Below, piece after piece: positions 37,928-52,401 of a DNA stretch of 64,000 nucleotides. The stretch covers positions 372,001 to 436,000 of the forward strand of contig NW_026859558.1 of NCBI RefSeq assembly GCF_026571515.1. Reading direction: 5' to 3'. Position 1 is the stretch's first letter. Each line of letters opens with the position of its first letter. The stretch is from Ruditapes philippinarum. Its lineage: Eukaryota. The translations under genes were made by a program, and so were the position numbers. The notes under the pieces are model-generated. The model searched no databases. It was not told the origin of the DNA and worked only from the letters and a program-made list of their open reading frames with translations.

Positions 37928-40900
37928 TTTAGTCTTAAATAACAAACTATACGTTGATATAATTAACAAATGCTAGATAAAACCAGCCATTCACTAGTTT
38001 TCAAATGCTAAGTTTGTACAGCTCTTTATTGATTTGATTCATTATCCATTAAAATGATGTCTAATAAAAGTGTGATTTACATTTTAATCTAATAAAACAT
38101 GAATAAAACAGGCTGCAGATGACTTTGACTTGACTATACGTGATGGAATAAGTCGGACACGTCAGAAAATTGTACAAAAACATGCAAATTACAAATAATT
38201 AATAGACTAAACATCAATACTGATCCATCTTTCCTATTTAAAAGCTAGCATATAAGTGTTAGCAAATATTTTGCGGACACAATCTCAACATGCATTATAA
38301 TTATACAACTGATGAAATATTTTTATTCGAAACAAAAATCATTAATTAAATACAATCAGCTACCTTTTATTTAGAAATACAGACAGAAAAATGTATCTTC
38401 AACTTACATATTCAAAATTGTATAATGGAAATAATATTAATTCTTTCCAAGAAAAGTATATATTAACAAACAAACAAAACAACGAACGAAAATGCATTCT
38501 AGAGGTTGATATATGGCTGTTCTAAAATACTCTTTAATGAGACATTATCTTCCTGAATATATTTTACTTTATTTCAACAGCAAATAATTAAGGAAAATAT
38601 ATTAACACGTGCAAAAAGTTTAAATAAGTGCAGAAATGTCCTCGTGACATCTGAGAGATGTCATGCTGATATTAAGCTAATGTCACCTTAATCAAATGCA
38701 GGGTCATCTCAACTTTAGATCAGTTAATGACAGTTTCAAACTCGTTGGATAATTTACATTTTATCATTAGTAAATGAAAATGAATTGAAGCAAACAAGAT
38801 TTTATTTCTGGAAGAACAAGAGTTTTGTAACATAGTTACTAGTGTCTACCCCATAAGGAAAGTTTTACATGAAGCACAAAAATGTATGAGGTATGGACCA
38901 AAATCTTGATCAATACTAAATCTGCACATGCAACAATAAAGTCTTTAAAACAATAGAATGAAATACCTTCTGTGTGTGTCAACATAATACATTTGTATAG
39001 TTGTTATGACTATTTCAAAACCACAAAATGTGACAAACACAAAATCTAACAGTCAAGCTATTGGTGGATGAAAGAAATTGGTATCACTCTACCGCATGCT
39101 ATCAGATACGAATATAAGGTCCAATGTTCTTGACTGACGAGTGCTTTTTTACATATTGTCTAAGTTGATTATAACAACAAAACACAATCACAATTTGATC
39201 ATCATGCATCAAGTTAAAGTCTCCAAGAAATATAGTATTATAAGACTTGGGTATAGCATTTACGGGAGATGAGAAGTAAGTAAAAACACATTTTTGTTGA
39301 AATGAGGTGGTCTGTAAAGAACTCCTTTATCTGAACCTATGCTATATATATACTGGAGGGAACTGTAATTTTCAAAAAATCAGATGACACTCTTTTAGTG
39401 AACATACTAGACCATGTTTACCTTTGACCGCCAAGTGTAACCTTGACATTGAACGCTGCCTTATTACAGCTATGACAAGTTGCCAAACTAGCGGTAAGTG
39501 TCTAAGTGACAAGGATACAAATGCATTAACTACATTAAATTAACATCAAACACTACGAGAGGTTGGATGTCAATGCAATACCATAAATACCAAATATATG
39601 ATGTTAGATTTAAAAAGGTTAGTATATATGATGAATTATTCTTCCAGTTCTTGTAATTTGTAAAATTAATTTTAAAAAGTCAAGTAAGCCAGATCCGACA
39701 AAGACAAAATATGTTGACTACTCTGAGTGGCCTTTATTCTAGCTTGCAATCGGTACAAAAAAGCAGAAGACTCAAATATAGCTACAAATTTCAGCTTAAA
39801 TATATTACGACATATTTACCGAAAAAAAATATATTTAATATGATACCGATGTTGTTCCATGCCATTAGAATTCTGATTATTTTACAATTTTACATTCTCT
39901 ATCTGACAAATACCATAGAGCATTTTCAAATCTTTTCATAGTCTTGCATTTTGTTTTGTTTCAGAGAATCAACATTGAATCTTGCAAATGTTTATTTGCT
40001 TTTTTAAACGGCACGTGGTGCGTTCTTTCGCGAAGAAATGTATTGCCAGGTTTGAAATAATTTGTCGGTATTATTGCCTATACATTCAAATTCATGCATT
40101 TGTTTTAAATCATTATATGATTTGCTATGCAATGCCTTTGAAGATAATCTCGCACAAGCAGGAATGTTAAATCACAAACACATCAAAATTGATTGTAGAA
40201 GGGATATGGTGTGTTCTATGAGAATATGTTGAAGCCAAGGGAAAATAATAAAAGCCTCGATAGGGGTGATCACAGTACCCAAATTATTTAATCTTGGATT
40301 TTTAGAAATCTTTTTGAAATTTAATTTTGCATAAAGAGCAGCATGTACGCATGATTTGTAAAGTAATATCCATTTTTGCTTGAGTGTGTCATTCATGTAC
40401 ACCTTTATAAAACCATAGGTACGAAATACCTTCATTTTAAGTAAATATGTTTTTCCCCTAAAGTCACAAATTCAAATAAATTGTGTCTTTACCTAAATGT
40501 TAATTTCTTCTGTTATTTAATTCACAGTTACTAGAAAGCGTACAGTTAGATCAATGATGTGCACAGTAAGGAGTATCCCTATTTGTAACCCAATTCCATC
40601 TTACAAGTTTTTTTTTCGAGATTTATTTTTTAATCATTGAAATTGTAAAATTTTGGTTTAAAAAAACGATTGAGAGTTATCATCTAAAAATAATGAAGAT
40701 GATTTCATTACTTCATATGAATAAAATTTCTCCGTGACACGTGCGTGATTTCCTCGGACATTGAAACTAATGGTCATTTGTCTCTCATCGCTGACTCAGA
40801 AATCATGCGGAAACTTGCGGTGAAGTTGATAATAAATGGAAAGTAATCAGGAAAGCCAGTCAGCTGAGCCTACCACATGTGTGATACAAGTGGCGTAAAA

Positions 40901-41654
40901 ACTTGACACACAGACAAACATACACGTTATATTACATTGTCATTTTTATCATTACATACACGTTGCGTTCATTGAACGCCCGCCACCTTTCCTTGTTGAT
41001 CTTGTTTATCATATTTTATTACTTCATTAGCTTTAAATTGAAACTGTAAATCACTTAAATCAGACACTGTGTGTGTATATCCTAAATGAATGTCAAGGTT
41101 ATTTCTATTTATACAGCTTTTCGATATAGAACGTCCATTATTAATTTTCATTATCAAATATATTACCTCCGTAAAGAAAATGTCGAGTTTTAAAGTTGGC
41201 TGCCCTCATATTTTAGATTGAATATTCATATTGATGTAGTATAGTAAAATGCATGATTATATAACATTAATACATCAGGATTGAAACATCCTAAACTTTA
41301 AGTGCCAGTTTACCGTTTCATTTTTTGCAAGTTATCGGAATTATTCTTTAATATACAAAGTAAATCTGACAGTTTCAATATATTTTATTAGCTTTCTACA
41401 ATAAATGTAATATATATCCTTAGTTTCATATTAATCGTAAGTAAAAAATGAAGTTAAATGAATGTATCGAAAGAGAGGAAACATGCCAACAGAGCTGGAA
41501 ACTTATTATAATATTGACGTCCTCGGCGTCTTTTAGAATATTGGCTAATCTCGGATGTTATAAACTTAAAACAACACAAGGGGTCAAAACCACATTGCCT
41601 GCTTGAACACAAGAGTACTAAACTTATAATGTTTTACTATGTAATTGTATATAA

Positions 41655-42135
41655 ACAAAAGAATCCCGAGGCTAGAATCAATTTTGATCTCAGGGGAATA
41701 ATTTACATAACTTTTGTAAGGACCACATAGTGGTGATACATGCAAAATTACTAAGCTCGTGGCACTGTAATTTCAAAGAAGTAAATTTTTGAGACCTTTT
41801 CAGTAAACAAGTCTATGTGAAATAAGCGAACCCCAGGGTTGGGTCTTTTTTGCCTCATAGGCATGACTTATGTTACTTTTGTAGAGGGCTACCAGGCGAA
41901 CCTACACGCCATATACCTAAGCTCTGGGTAATGCAGTTTCATAGAAGAGAACTTTATGTAATTTCCTATATTATTAAGCCTAAAGAAACAAAGTGACCGC
42001 TAGGTAGGGGGCATTTCTAACCCATCCCGGGGCATGATTAATATCACTGTTGTAGAGGACCATAGAACCACAAAGTATTGATACATGCCAAATATCTTAG
42101 TTCTTGGCATTGTAGTTACTAAGAAAAAAAAATTT
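41655..42135. repeat. About three diverged ~165-bp tandem monomers, probably another HINE core array
   Basis: Recurrent TTGTAGAGGAC..TAG...GATACATGC.AAATA.CTAAGCTC...GTAGTT at about 41715, 41880 and 42050. Confidence 0.6.
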
Positions 42136-43724
42136 TGACCTCACTCTAGCTCACCTCTTGACACTTTTTGATCAAATTAGCTAATTAAATAAGAAAGAAA
42201 AAAATGAAAAAGAAAAAGAAAACAAAAGCGCATATATAACTATCTCTTCCTTGATTACTCGTGAAGATGAAATGTGATGATCCACGAATGTATATAAGTT
42301 TAGGCAATTTCCTATTTCATTAGATTTCAATAATGCTTGTTACTGGAAAGCACACTTTTATATACGTTATGAAAATAATTAAGCCCCAAAAAGAAATAAC
42401 TATTATAATTGTTTTCAAAAAGTAAGAAAATGTCGTTTAGATTGGCAAAATCCTCTTCTTTTCTATTAAATTTGATATACAATACTTTTATAGAAAGTCA
42501 CTATGACTGACTAAAAGACGCGGGTGTTATGTGAATCATTACAATATTTGTCGGTTTAAATTTAATATTGAGTTACCCAATTTTCTATATTATTTCTTTG
42601 TGTTTCAGACTTTTATTAAAGCTAACAAATATATAACAATTTATAATTATTAAATACTCTAGTTTATTTGATGCTTTTCAGTGGATTACTGATTTATCCG
42701 TGAAAATTATATTTGATAATTTCACAGTGAAAATTATCAAAATACAATTTCACTTTTTTCAATGACAAAACTACTTTTTTAAGATTTTCCCCATGTGGTA
42801 CCTCAATTTTATTTTTACTGACAATTCTGACAATATCAGGCTGTTAAAAAAATAGCAAATCTGAAATAGATAAATAACTTAAATGTCAAAAGTAATAAAG
42901 AGAGAAAAGTTACTTATATTTCCTTCAAATTCCAATCACAAAATTTCGTCTCTAAATTTTTTGTTTCGTTTTTACAGTCTGAAAAATACATTCCTTCCCC
43001 ATGCTAAAAACTGCTCTTTTGATGACATTTGGGCATATTAACGTATCCTACGAGCAATAACTGCCGTATGCTTTATGAAAAATTAAAAAAGCATTGACAA
43101 GCCATCACTCCTAAAAATAAGTAAAAACTACCCAGCGTTCCTTACAATGCCTTAGCAAGCTTCCAAGTTTTTTCCATTTTTCCTAGCTCCTTTTCTGAAT
43201 GTTTTCACTTCTGTCAACACTTATTTTTTGTCTGTTACAATCCTCAAATAAGTTTTCTTTCTTTTTAAAAGGTGTATGATTAACAAATCCAAATTATATC
43301 CTTCTGAAGCTGACACAATTATTTTCCTCCCATAAAAATACACAACTTTAAAAAATGGCTGCCGCTTACATTTTACCAAAAGCCTAGGTCTAATATAAAT
43401 TGTCGGCAGTAAGTAACAGAAATATGGATGGATGGTTGGACTTTTTGCTCCCTACAAGAATTTGTTTGTTTTTTATTATTAAAAACAAGCGATCAAATTC
43501 ATATTTTTTTTAATAAAATGAATAAATATCACTGTCATTTAACCTTGATTGGCGGACTTGTTTTTTTCAGCTCAAGACTTCTTGTTTTTAAATGAAGAAA
43601 TTCCCCTCTAAATTTGGGGCTCTCAATGGGGAAACAGATTTTTAATATTAACGTTAAAATTATTGGAAATTTCGTTTTAACTTGTTTTAAAAAGCATAAA
43701 ATAAAAAGAAAATTTTGTCTGTTT

Positions 43725-43862
43725 TGTTGTGTTAGAGTTAATTTTATTTCATCGAGTGGGCTTTAAAAAACAGTATTTTTCACGATTAGCTACGCCACTC
43801 GTGAGAATACTGTTTTTAAAGCCCACTCGATGAAATAAAATTTCATCTTACACACAAACAAA
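43725..43862. repeat. Long hairpin with a GCTACGCC centre
   Basis: ATTTTATTTCATCGAGTGGGCTTTAAAAA.CAGTATT pairs with AATACTGTTTTTAAAGCCCACTCGATGAAATAAAAT. Confidence 0.85.
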
Positions 43863-44539
43863 CAAATATCCTCTATATCTTGACTTAAGAACTTGGAGAG
43901 AATATATTATAATTGCAACAGCCATATAGTTATTAAAGTCAAACATTTACGTACTATAAAGGTTTTAACAAATCGCAGTCTTGATAATTGCTTTTCGAAA
44001 TGTTCATTTAAACAATATCACAGCGTTTTATTACTTGCACTTTGTCTAGTGAGGCATATAAAACAGTAAAAACATTTAGAGAATAAGTTAACCAAATGAG
44101 GAAAAAAGTAGAAAATCAGCGTTTTAACATGCGTCGTTGCTCTATACTTACACTAAATTGTATTTGTGGGAGTATGTAAATCGTGCCACGTCTTCTAACG
44201 CGTAAAACAAGCTTCTAATCACGGTTTTGTTACGTGGAAAACATCGAGTGCTAAATCTTAAATAGCTTCTAATTCTTTTAGTCTTTCGTAAACATCCGTT
44301 AAATTATGTGAGTTTATTTTTCAAATCCTTATATTGTATACACAAATAAATAAATTTTAGTTCTCTGAAACATAACTGATTGAAATATGTTGTACTGATG
44401 ATTGAGTACAACTTAAGCCGATACAAAGATTCGCGAGGGAACCGACTCTAAAATTTGTTACCTCTTCATTTGTTTTGCTTTCATTACAATTGGTGACATT
44501 ACCTTTTATAAAACATGTATAATAAGCACGTAATTTTCA

Positions 44540-45470
44540 TAAGATTTTTTTTTTAATTTTGTTTGATTTTATGACACATCAACAGAATTAAGGCCATATG
44601 GCGCCAAAACAGGAAAGATGATTTTGGTTTTAATATGCTAATGGATAAATAAATGAATATTAGGTACAAAAAATGATCACATTAGTTTTCTTACATAATA
44701 TAAAACAAATGGTTAATCTTACATAAGTAAACTATATATTGAAAAAAACTGCAAATCAGTTCATATTCATTTTTTAACAGTCAATCATTTTCTAAACAAC
44801 AACAGCGCAGCATCACATTGCGGTAGTGACAAAAAGTATATAAATTTAATAATTTTTCATATACTTGCATTTTCTAAGTTAAAACCTTAATTATTTTTAT
44901 GAAAAAATTTCAAAACGTAAAACAATTCCCAAAAAATGTTTTTGGGTATACCAAACCAATATTTTTAGATGTTTTCCCCTTTTCAAATTTGTTAATGGAA
45001 TTTTTTGTATAATTTAATTTCAATGTAATTATGAAATTTTTCAGTTTTTTAAATCATTTTTCATTTTATTTGGTTTTTTGACAAGATTGTGATATTTTTT
45101 GGTTTTAAAATTCAAATTTTGTTTTTGTCTTTAATCTAAATATTAAAAAAAGTTCATAATTTATAGATCACTCAAGCCTTTCTATAAGATTTTATCTTTA
45201 AGTGTTCGTGTAAAAATCCAGAAAGGGACCAACCCTCGAAAGTAGACAAACAACAATATAATATAAAATTTAGAAATCGGGTTTTATCGAGTTTTGTTCA
45301 AAAAAGATAAAGTTAAATCACCAAGGGTTTTTCATGTTCTTAGGCCCTTTTCAAACTCCCAAAATTTTATAGATAAAAAAACAAGGCCAGAAAACAAAAC
45401 ACTAAAGCGAGTACGGGGCAATTGGTTCCAGATGCCATAGGGTACTTGACACCTGCTGTTGTTGCTTCGC
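44540..45470 (-). mobile_element. Heavily degraded 3' end of a LINE (I/Nimb-like)
   Basis: Minus strand ends GGCGCCATATGGCCTTAATTCTGTTGATGTGTCATAAAATCAAACAAA, the same tail as the SINEs at 49383 and 62140. An upstream PQC...LTVK remnant resembles the C-terminal zinc knuckle of I-group ORF2. Confidence 0.45.
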
Positions 45471-48379
45471 ATGTTTTTCTTGTCTGTGCATATTAACATG
45501 ATTATTTATCAACAACGGAAAATAATTCCGACAACAGACACAATGTGAACTTTAGTTCCTTTTTGCTCGGTACCAATGGAAAATTTGATTTTCAACTAAT
45601 GTTGGATTTATTCACTTATTTATTTTGAACTCCTATAAGGCTTGCACATGTTATGGTCTGGATAACTTCCAAAATATGAAACTTTATATGAAATATAAAT
45701 TACCTTCAAAACCTAGCTGTGACCTTTACCTTTGAGCTAGAGACATTGGTCTTGCAAATGATATGGACTTATTGATTTTATGGCGGATGCATTTTAAAGC
45801 ATTCAACTGTTATCGTGCGATTATATAAAAAAGCTGATTATCAGATGCAAATAAAGTATCAATCATGTTTCTTGGATAATAAAATACGTAATGCACTTCT
45901 ATAATCATTAAAGATAACTACAGATACTTCCTTTTCCTTTGAAAGGCAAAATATGTATTAACAGCATTGAAACATCAACAGTATCTCTTCCATGCTTTTA
46001 CATTTTACATTATATATTGTGATCTACTGATGAAACATAAAACAGGAAAACAATATTGTTATGTTTTTATCTTGATCAAATCTGAACATTTCAATATCCT
46101 CGCGCTAAAACACTTCTGCAAAACCTAGGATACCTTGGTTTTTTTACACTGTCACATTAACAGACATTCCATTTTGAAAATAAAAATAAATTGGAAAAAG
46201 GGATAAATTTACATCTTAGCAATTATTCTTGATTAAGCAGTGTTGGTGACATATGACATTTGTATTGCGATGCATGTAATGGTTACCAACCTTGTCCTTT
46301 CTTCATTAAAAAGATAAAAAACAATTGTGATGACATATACATAACATGTAACTAAAATAGATTTTGTATAAAAGTTAATGACAAATTAATGCACTAATCA
46401 AATCTATAAATGTTTAACGAGTTCTGTTGCGAAATGCTACATAAAGAAGAGGACGTATCGGTGTAACATAGAAGATCAGCGGATAGAGTCCGCTGTTAGA
46501 TATTACAAATATGTCATGTGTAGCAATCATTTAATTTAGAAATTGGATCAAAACATGCCATATGACTTATACCACCTAGATTTTCATCAGATATGATACC
46601 AAATATATCTCCTGTAATGAACTTATGTGCAATCCAAACATAGCAGAATGTACAAATTCTATGAATTTACACATCAAAAGAATTATTTAACATTAAAACC
46701 AACCATATGTCCATAATTGTCTCGCGTAGGGTAATAAGTTGCATGTTTTTAAGCAAATATCTTAGTGCACTCTCCCAAAACTTTATTACATACTGGTATA
46801 CATATACATATTGGTATTTGCGTAGGAAACTATAACAGCTTATCACACTTTTTGTTTGAAATCACAACTTTTGAGATCAAAAGATGGAGGCAAACTTTAG
46901 ATAGTTAATGATTAACGAAGGACAAATATTAAAATTTAGCCTTTAACACTCATGTTGATATAAAACACACGTAATCTAGAGAAACATTTCTAAACATAAG
47001 TGTATTCTTCTATTTTAACATGTCATTGGAATGAAAAAGTCTACATCTAGATGATCTTCTCCAGAACAGTCTTACACGGCCCACGTCGTCGCTGGAAAAC
47101 ATGGACTATTTATTCCATGGAAACTTCTTGCAATGGTCCGACCATTGAGGGTATGATCTTGTCCGTACAAAATGTAAAACCCTCGGATGTCACTTATCAA
47201 CTCACCACGGGAAAATTCAGGAATCTGAAAAGAAATACACTAAAGTATTTCAAAAGATTGTTTTAGAATTGAAAAGGATGGTAAAAAACAAAATGTAATT
47301 ATAATCTGTCCTTCCAAAACCTTTGGTATTAGTCTTTCACATCATACAAGTATTTAATAACAGATTGATATATTTAAGACAGGGCTTTTGCCACAAACTA
47401 AATTCATGTCAAAGGTTAAGGCCAACAAAGAGCTTATATGAGAGTCAAAAGAAACAAAAGAAATCAAATACGGCGAAAAAGCAATTTTTACTGGATCCTA
47501 TCAATATCTTCTTTGTTTTTGTTGACAAGCTGTTGATCAAAATTTTTGTTTAAGATAACCTTAGGTTTATCATTCTTACTCAGACCAGCCTCATCTGAAC
47601 ACATATGGTTGTTTCTGTGAGACACGCTATAATTGTTAAAGCAATATTTGCTAATGAAGTTATATAAATAGTATATTTATTTTAGGCTTAGTCAAATTAA
47701 TTTTCGGAAACATCTTTGGAATATGTAATGTTCTTAAAAAAGCAATATTTTAATCACGCTAAGTTTTTACATGATTTATAATAATTATAATGACCAAAGT
47801 TCCTGGCATGACGGGACCTGAAAAAGATCAAGACCTTTAACTTGTGAGCAAAATAACAGCTCATTCAGTCACTCCGTTGTTGCCGGAAAAGTATTTTAAT
47901 TGTGAAAGAAATAACCCAAAGTTGAAGCGTACAACGCTTGTCATCGGTCTAGGTATAGTACACAAAAATATTCTCAATTGAATTATGTATTAAGTATATT
48001 TCTTCATTATTATGTGCGCATCTTACAGTTTTTAGAGTAACAGATGATCCATCAAAGAATTTCAAATTTTATTATTTTGTCTTTTGTCTTTTGGACTGAC
48101 TCATATCTAAATGCATTTTAATCAAATTCCAAGCTAAATTTATCTTTTCTAAATTTTAAATATAAATGAAAATTCTTTGGAGTATCCCTTTTACATTGTC
48201 AAACAATTAATCCTTCTTAGTTAGTTGAACAATATTTCATTAAATTGAAATACCTTTTCAATGTTTGATATAAGTTTGATACATTGTGTATTTCAGATTT
48301 CTCTTGTCGTTGTACACGTTCATGCATAAATTGTAAAATTCTGTCTTTTTTTCCGTGGTGTTCTAAACTGGTAAGCAAG

Positions 48380-50150
48380 ATCAGAAAACTCTACCATCAA
48401 ACATGTTTTCTTTGGACCACATGAAGACAAATCAATGTTTATCTTATAGAAAAATTATTCTTCATTTAAAGTTAAACAATTTCAAAAGAAATTGCTCTAA
48501 TTTACATGTTTCAATCTACATCTGTATCATTTAATTACAGAGAAAAAGAAATGGATACTACAGAAATCGCTTCACTGTCTGATCCTTCGTTTTATTATTA
48601 TACGAAAAATTCCTTTAATGCCAGGTGACAGCAATTGTCTAGTTATCATACTACTTCACTCTTAAAAAAAACAAAATTGCATCTGTTTTCAAATCTTCAA
48701 AAGTTTTTTATTTTCTTTTTAAAGTTTTAAGAAATTTTTAGATTTAAACATTGTAAACTAAATGAACAAAGAATACCGAATATCTGATGCAAAAGTTTTA
48801 TCTGATGCAAAAGTTTTATCTTCTCTTGACTGGTCAACTGTCCCAGCCCATTGTAACACTAACATCAATAACATTAAATTCATTATTGTTGGTATTTGTG
48901 AAACTTTTGCCATCCCTGCGAGCAGAAGCTATGCCTATTGCAACAGCCACTGGTGGACACTAAAGAGATACAAAAATTAAAAATATAATCGTAGCCATTC
49001 CATTTGACTTTCTGATGAACGATTTTTAGACAACAAACTGATATGAAATAATATTTTAAAATGTTCTTCAATTCTTTTGAGTTTTTAATTTGACAAATTA
49101 AGCAACGATTTTTTACCTCCACCATTTTCGTATTTTAATTCTTAAACTGCAGTTATCAAAACAGGATTTAAACTGAATTTTGTTTTTTAGAAACATTTGT
49201 TTTACCAAAATGTAATCAAAGTACTACTTTCATACCAACAACATGAAGTTTGTTTGGACCACCGTAGCATTGAACTTTACATGATGCATACAAGCTGGAC
49301 ATAGTTTCTAATCACTGACTATCATGAATTTCAAAGTAACACAATAATGTTGAAATGCCTGTAAATGAAACGTAAAACCAATTTATTTATTTACGTCGCA
49401 TCAACACTGTAGATGGCATATGGTGACATTCTAGCTTGACCTCAGTAACCTTTCTGCATAATGTTTTAGGCACAAACGGGAGCATTAGTAAATTAACCTA
49501 CGTTCCGTTAGCCAGATAGAAAGCTTCTGAAAGAATCCAAATTCCAATGTCCGTGAAGGGATTCCAACCCACACAGGTATGGGCAAGTGTTAAGTGCACC
49601 TGCATTTTGATTAAAAGCTGTGAAAAAGAGAGTTTGTGTAACAATGATCCAATTGATTTTTTAATTAAAAGTGGTAAGAAAATTAAAAACTGACTCAGTA
49701 TATACTCATTTTGACAATGAACTGTAACTGAACACACAGGTCGTAAATGAACTCAAGAATTCTGTGAAACTTAAAGCCAAAAATAAAAACATCTACTTAA
49801 AAATATCCTATTAATATTGAAATATATACCAGTAAAATAATTGAAACAAATCTGTCTTGTACATGTATTTGTTATTGTGTCTATTAAAAATAATAGGCAT
49901 TTAGCTATGTAACATATTCAATTATGTCATTTAGTTTGATTTCACTATTCGATTTTTATAAGCTGCGCAAACACTAATGACTGTTTTTATATTTTACCAA
50001 ACAGAAGTATTCCAATTTTATGTATATAATCACTTTATCATGATGATTTTATGCACAGTTCAGACTATTTTACACAACAAATCAGTTCATTTTTTTTTCA
50101 TTTATTATCGTACCTTCCTTTTGTACATCAATATTTATGACAGTCTGCTG
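48380..50150 (-). pseudogene. Putative small-protein gene, copy X (5'-truncated first exon ending at 50114; acceptor AG changed to AT at 48421)
   Basis: IQQTVINIDVQKE+G followed by an intact GTACGA donor. Terminal exon reads (G)GPKKTCLMV then GAG where Y has a stop. Confidence 0.4.
49383..49590 (-). mobile_element. Diverged SINE of the same family (paralogous copy at about 62140-62375 in unit Y)
   Basis: Minus strand reads GGGTTGGAATCCC ... CTGGCTAACGGAACGTAGG ... GTCACCATATGCCATCTACAGTGTTGATGCGACGTAAAT. Present in both X and Y, so it predates that duplication. Confidence 0.65.
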
Positions 50151-51694
50151 TATATATTTAGTTAATAGCTAACTAATTTGCAAGATTTATATAAATCAAA
50201 AAGAGCAATGATTTGAACATAATAAAAACACCTTTTTAATTTAATTAATTATTTATACAACTGATATAACAGATGTCAGTGAGAAATTGTGCATGATAAG
50301 TAGAATGATATTTGATAAGATTGATTTTAAACCTGTTACAATATAAAAAATGGAATTCTAAATGATTAAGTTGTTAGACAGTTAAAATGTAACTTTTATC
50401 GTATCAGTAACATTTACACATCAATTATATATTCATAACAAATCATCAAATCATTTTGAATTCTTGTGCTTGTGTTGAATAAGTATTTGAGATTAAATGT
50501 ATACACAGAAAAATATTGTTTATTGAAATTTTTTCTATAACTTTTATCTGGTCTGCCAAATTGACTACGCTTAAGTTTGTGCTAGGGGGCATGAGGGATG
50601 TTGCACTCAAATCTTCATTATCTTTCATGTACTGATTCAAACCGAGTCTACAATTTTCATTAAGTCTTGTTATGTTTAATGATTCAAAGAAATCACCCTT
50701 TTCCAGATCTTTTGACATGTACAAAATTACATTACGACCTTTCAGTAAATATCACTTTGTACAGTTACCTTAAGAGGTATCAAATGGTAGGTAATGCCAA
50801 TGACTAAACTACAAAACAAAGTAAATTGTCAGGCAAATGTGTCGTTACTGTTTGACAACTGATGTGACTGACCTAACTATCTCTTGTAATCAATCTAATT
50901 GACGTTTTCCTATTTATAAAAATAACCAAAATAACCAGAAAGTTTGCTGGTTAGATATCAATTAATTTAGTTAAAAGGAAATCAACTAGTTATGCAGAAA
51001 TGTGAAATTGACATGTCAGGTAATAAATTGTTAATGTAGTACCACGCATGGATTATTTACATTAACATCAACGCTATAAAAGATCCATTTCAGAAACAAA
51101 TCAAATGCATAAAAGGTTTGTGTCATTTAAACATTAACGCGATCAAAAATGTTCATTAAATAAACATGCTTGCTTCATCCATCATTTTCCTGAACATTGC
51201 CATTATATATCTTAATCATTTAATTAAATTATTTTCTGCAACACAAATACTCTGGTGTGATTATAACTTCAAAAACATTTATGAAACCAATCATTTTTGT
51301 GTTTACATACTCAACCATATATGTATCAGATATAAGGTTTGGAATACATGATTGTACAAATAAGTTTTTCATAATCATTGCGCTGAGCTTATCAGTGATA
51401 GAGGACAAGAGAGACTTCCAGTATCTTTCTAGACCTCATGCTCTGTCACCTGTGTCCGTGATTTCCAACAATTTGTTACTTTACTGATAAAGAATTTATG
51501 AATTTTTTAACAAATTGTTCATCTTGAAGTTAATCAACTGGCAACATTCACTTCTGTCTATACTGAAACACTAAGTAGTTTTTTTAATTTGTTTTGCAAA
51601 ATATTTACATTACAGATGTTTTAAAATCAACTAATATTGTCATTGTAAAGTTTTATTAAAGAAACCTAAACGATAATAACACAAACTTGCATCG

Positions 51695-51910
51695 ATGCTT
51701 CCGTTGTCGAGTCATCAAACTTGTTAACTGAAACCTCACCGCTATAGCTTCGAATCCCACAAGGGGCAATGATTTCACGTGATGAAGCTGTCCAGCTATC
51801 TTACAGAACATCGGTGATTCTACTCAGGTACCTGTTCATGTTTGAATTAACGCATGGAGGGGCACCTGATGCCTTTCTCCCAAAATTTAGCTAGAAAGTG
51901 GCCATTTGTC
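51695..51910 (+). mobile_element. Diverged tRNA-derived SINE, same central domain as 6596-6849
   Basis: B-box-like GCTTCGAATCCC followed by CACGTGATGAAGCTGTCCAGCTATCTTAC...GGAGGGGCACCTGA. Confidence 0.7.
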
Positions 51911-52342
51911 CTTTTATGGAAAGTCAGTCATTTTACATAAAAACAAGTTACAGGAACCATGCTGAAGAGTTTTATTATTTTTCAATTTTAACTGTCATTT
52001 AGAGAACCCCTATCAATGTTTATTTTGCCAGTAACCTAATTAATACAAAAATCCAATGCATTTATAGTTCTTCTCATTGGTAACAAAAATGTGCATTTAT
52101 TCTCTACATTTAAACAACAACAAAACATACAAAAAATAAACTAGTACATGTGTCAGAAGCAAAACTGTGTTGTGAAAAGAGACAAAAAGCTCTGAAGTAG
52201 CACTAATCCTTATTCATGTAATGTGTTTGACTTTGAACCTGCCGGATATGTGTGCTTTGAAGACCAAAGCTATCGAAGCATTCCATGTGAGTGCACGTAA
52301 TAGACAGAAGGTATGGAAGTGAAGGCTGGTTCGGCTTTATGC

Positions 52343-52401
52343 TTGATTGGTCTAAATTTTAACTTTTAAAAGTGGTTAAAGTTAAAATTTAGACCAATCA
52401 A
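52343..52401. repeat. Perfect 24-bp inverted repeat
   Basis: TTGATTGGTCTAAATTTTAACTTT / AAAGTTAAAATTTAGACCAATCAA. Confidence 0.9.

Larger units (their letters stand above)
33680..37940 (+). repeat. Segmental duplication unit W (diverged paralog of X and Y)
   Basis: Patchy homology: about 33690-33800 with about 46490-46600; about 36310-36720 with 48300-48700 and 61130-61520; about 37120-37200 with 62650-62720; about 37700-37790 with 63370-63450. Confidence 0.75.
46220..50150 (+). repeat. Segmental duplication unit X
   Basis: Collinear with 59350-63420 throughout. Lacks about 450 bp present in Y (about 62545-62990). Confidence 0.92.

Noticed and set aside
48781-48821. 18-bp unit repeated twice (TATCTGATGCAAAAGTTT)
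   Set aside because: A simple local slippage duplication with no sign of function.
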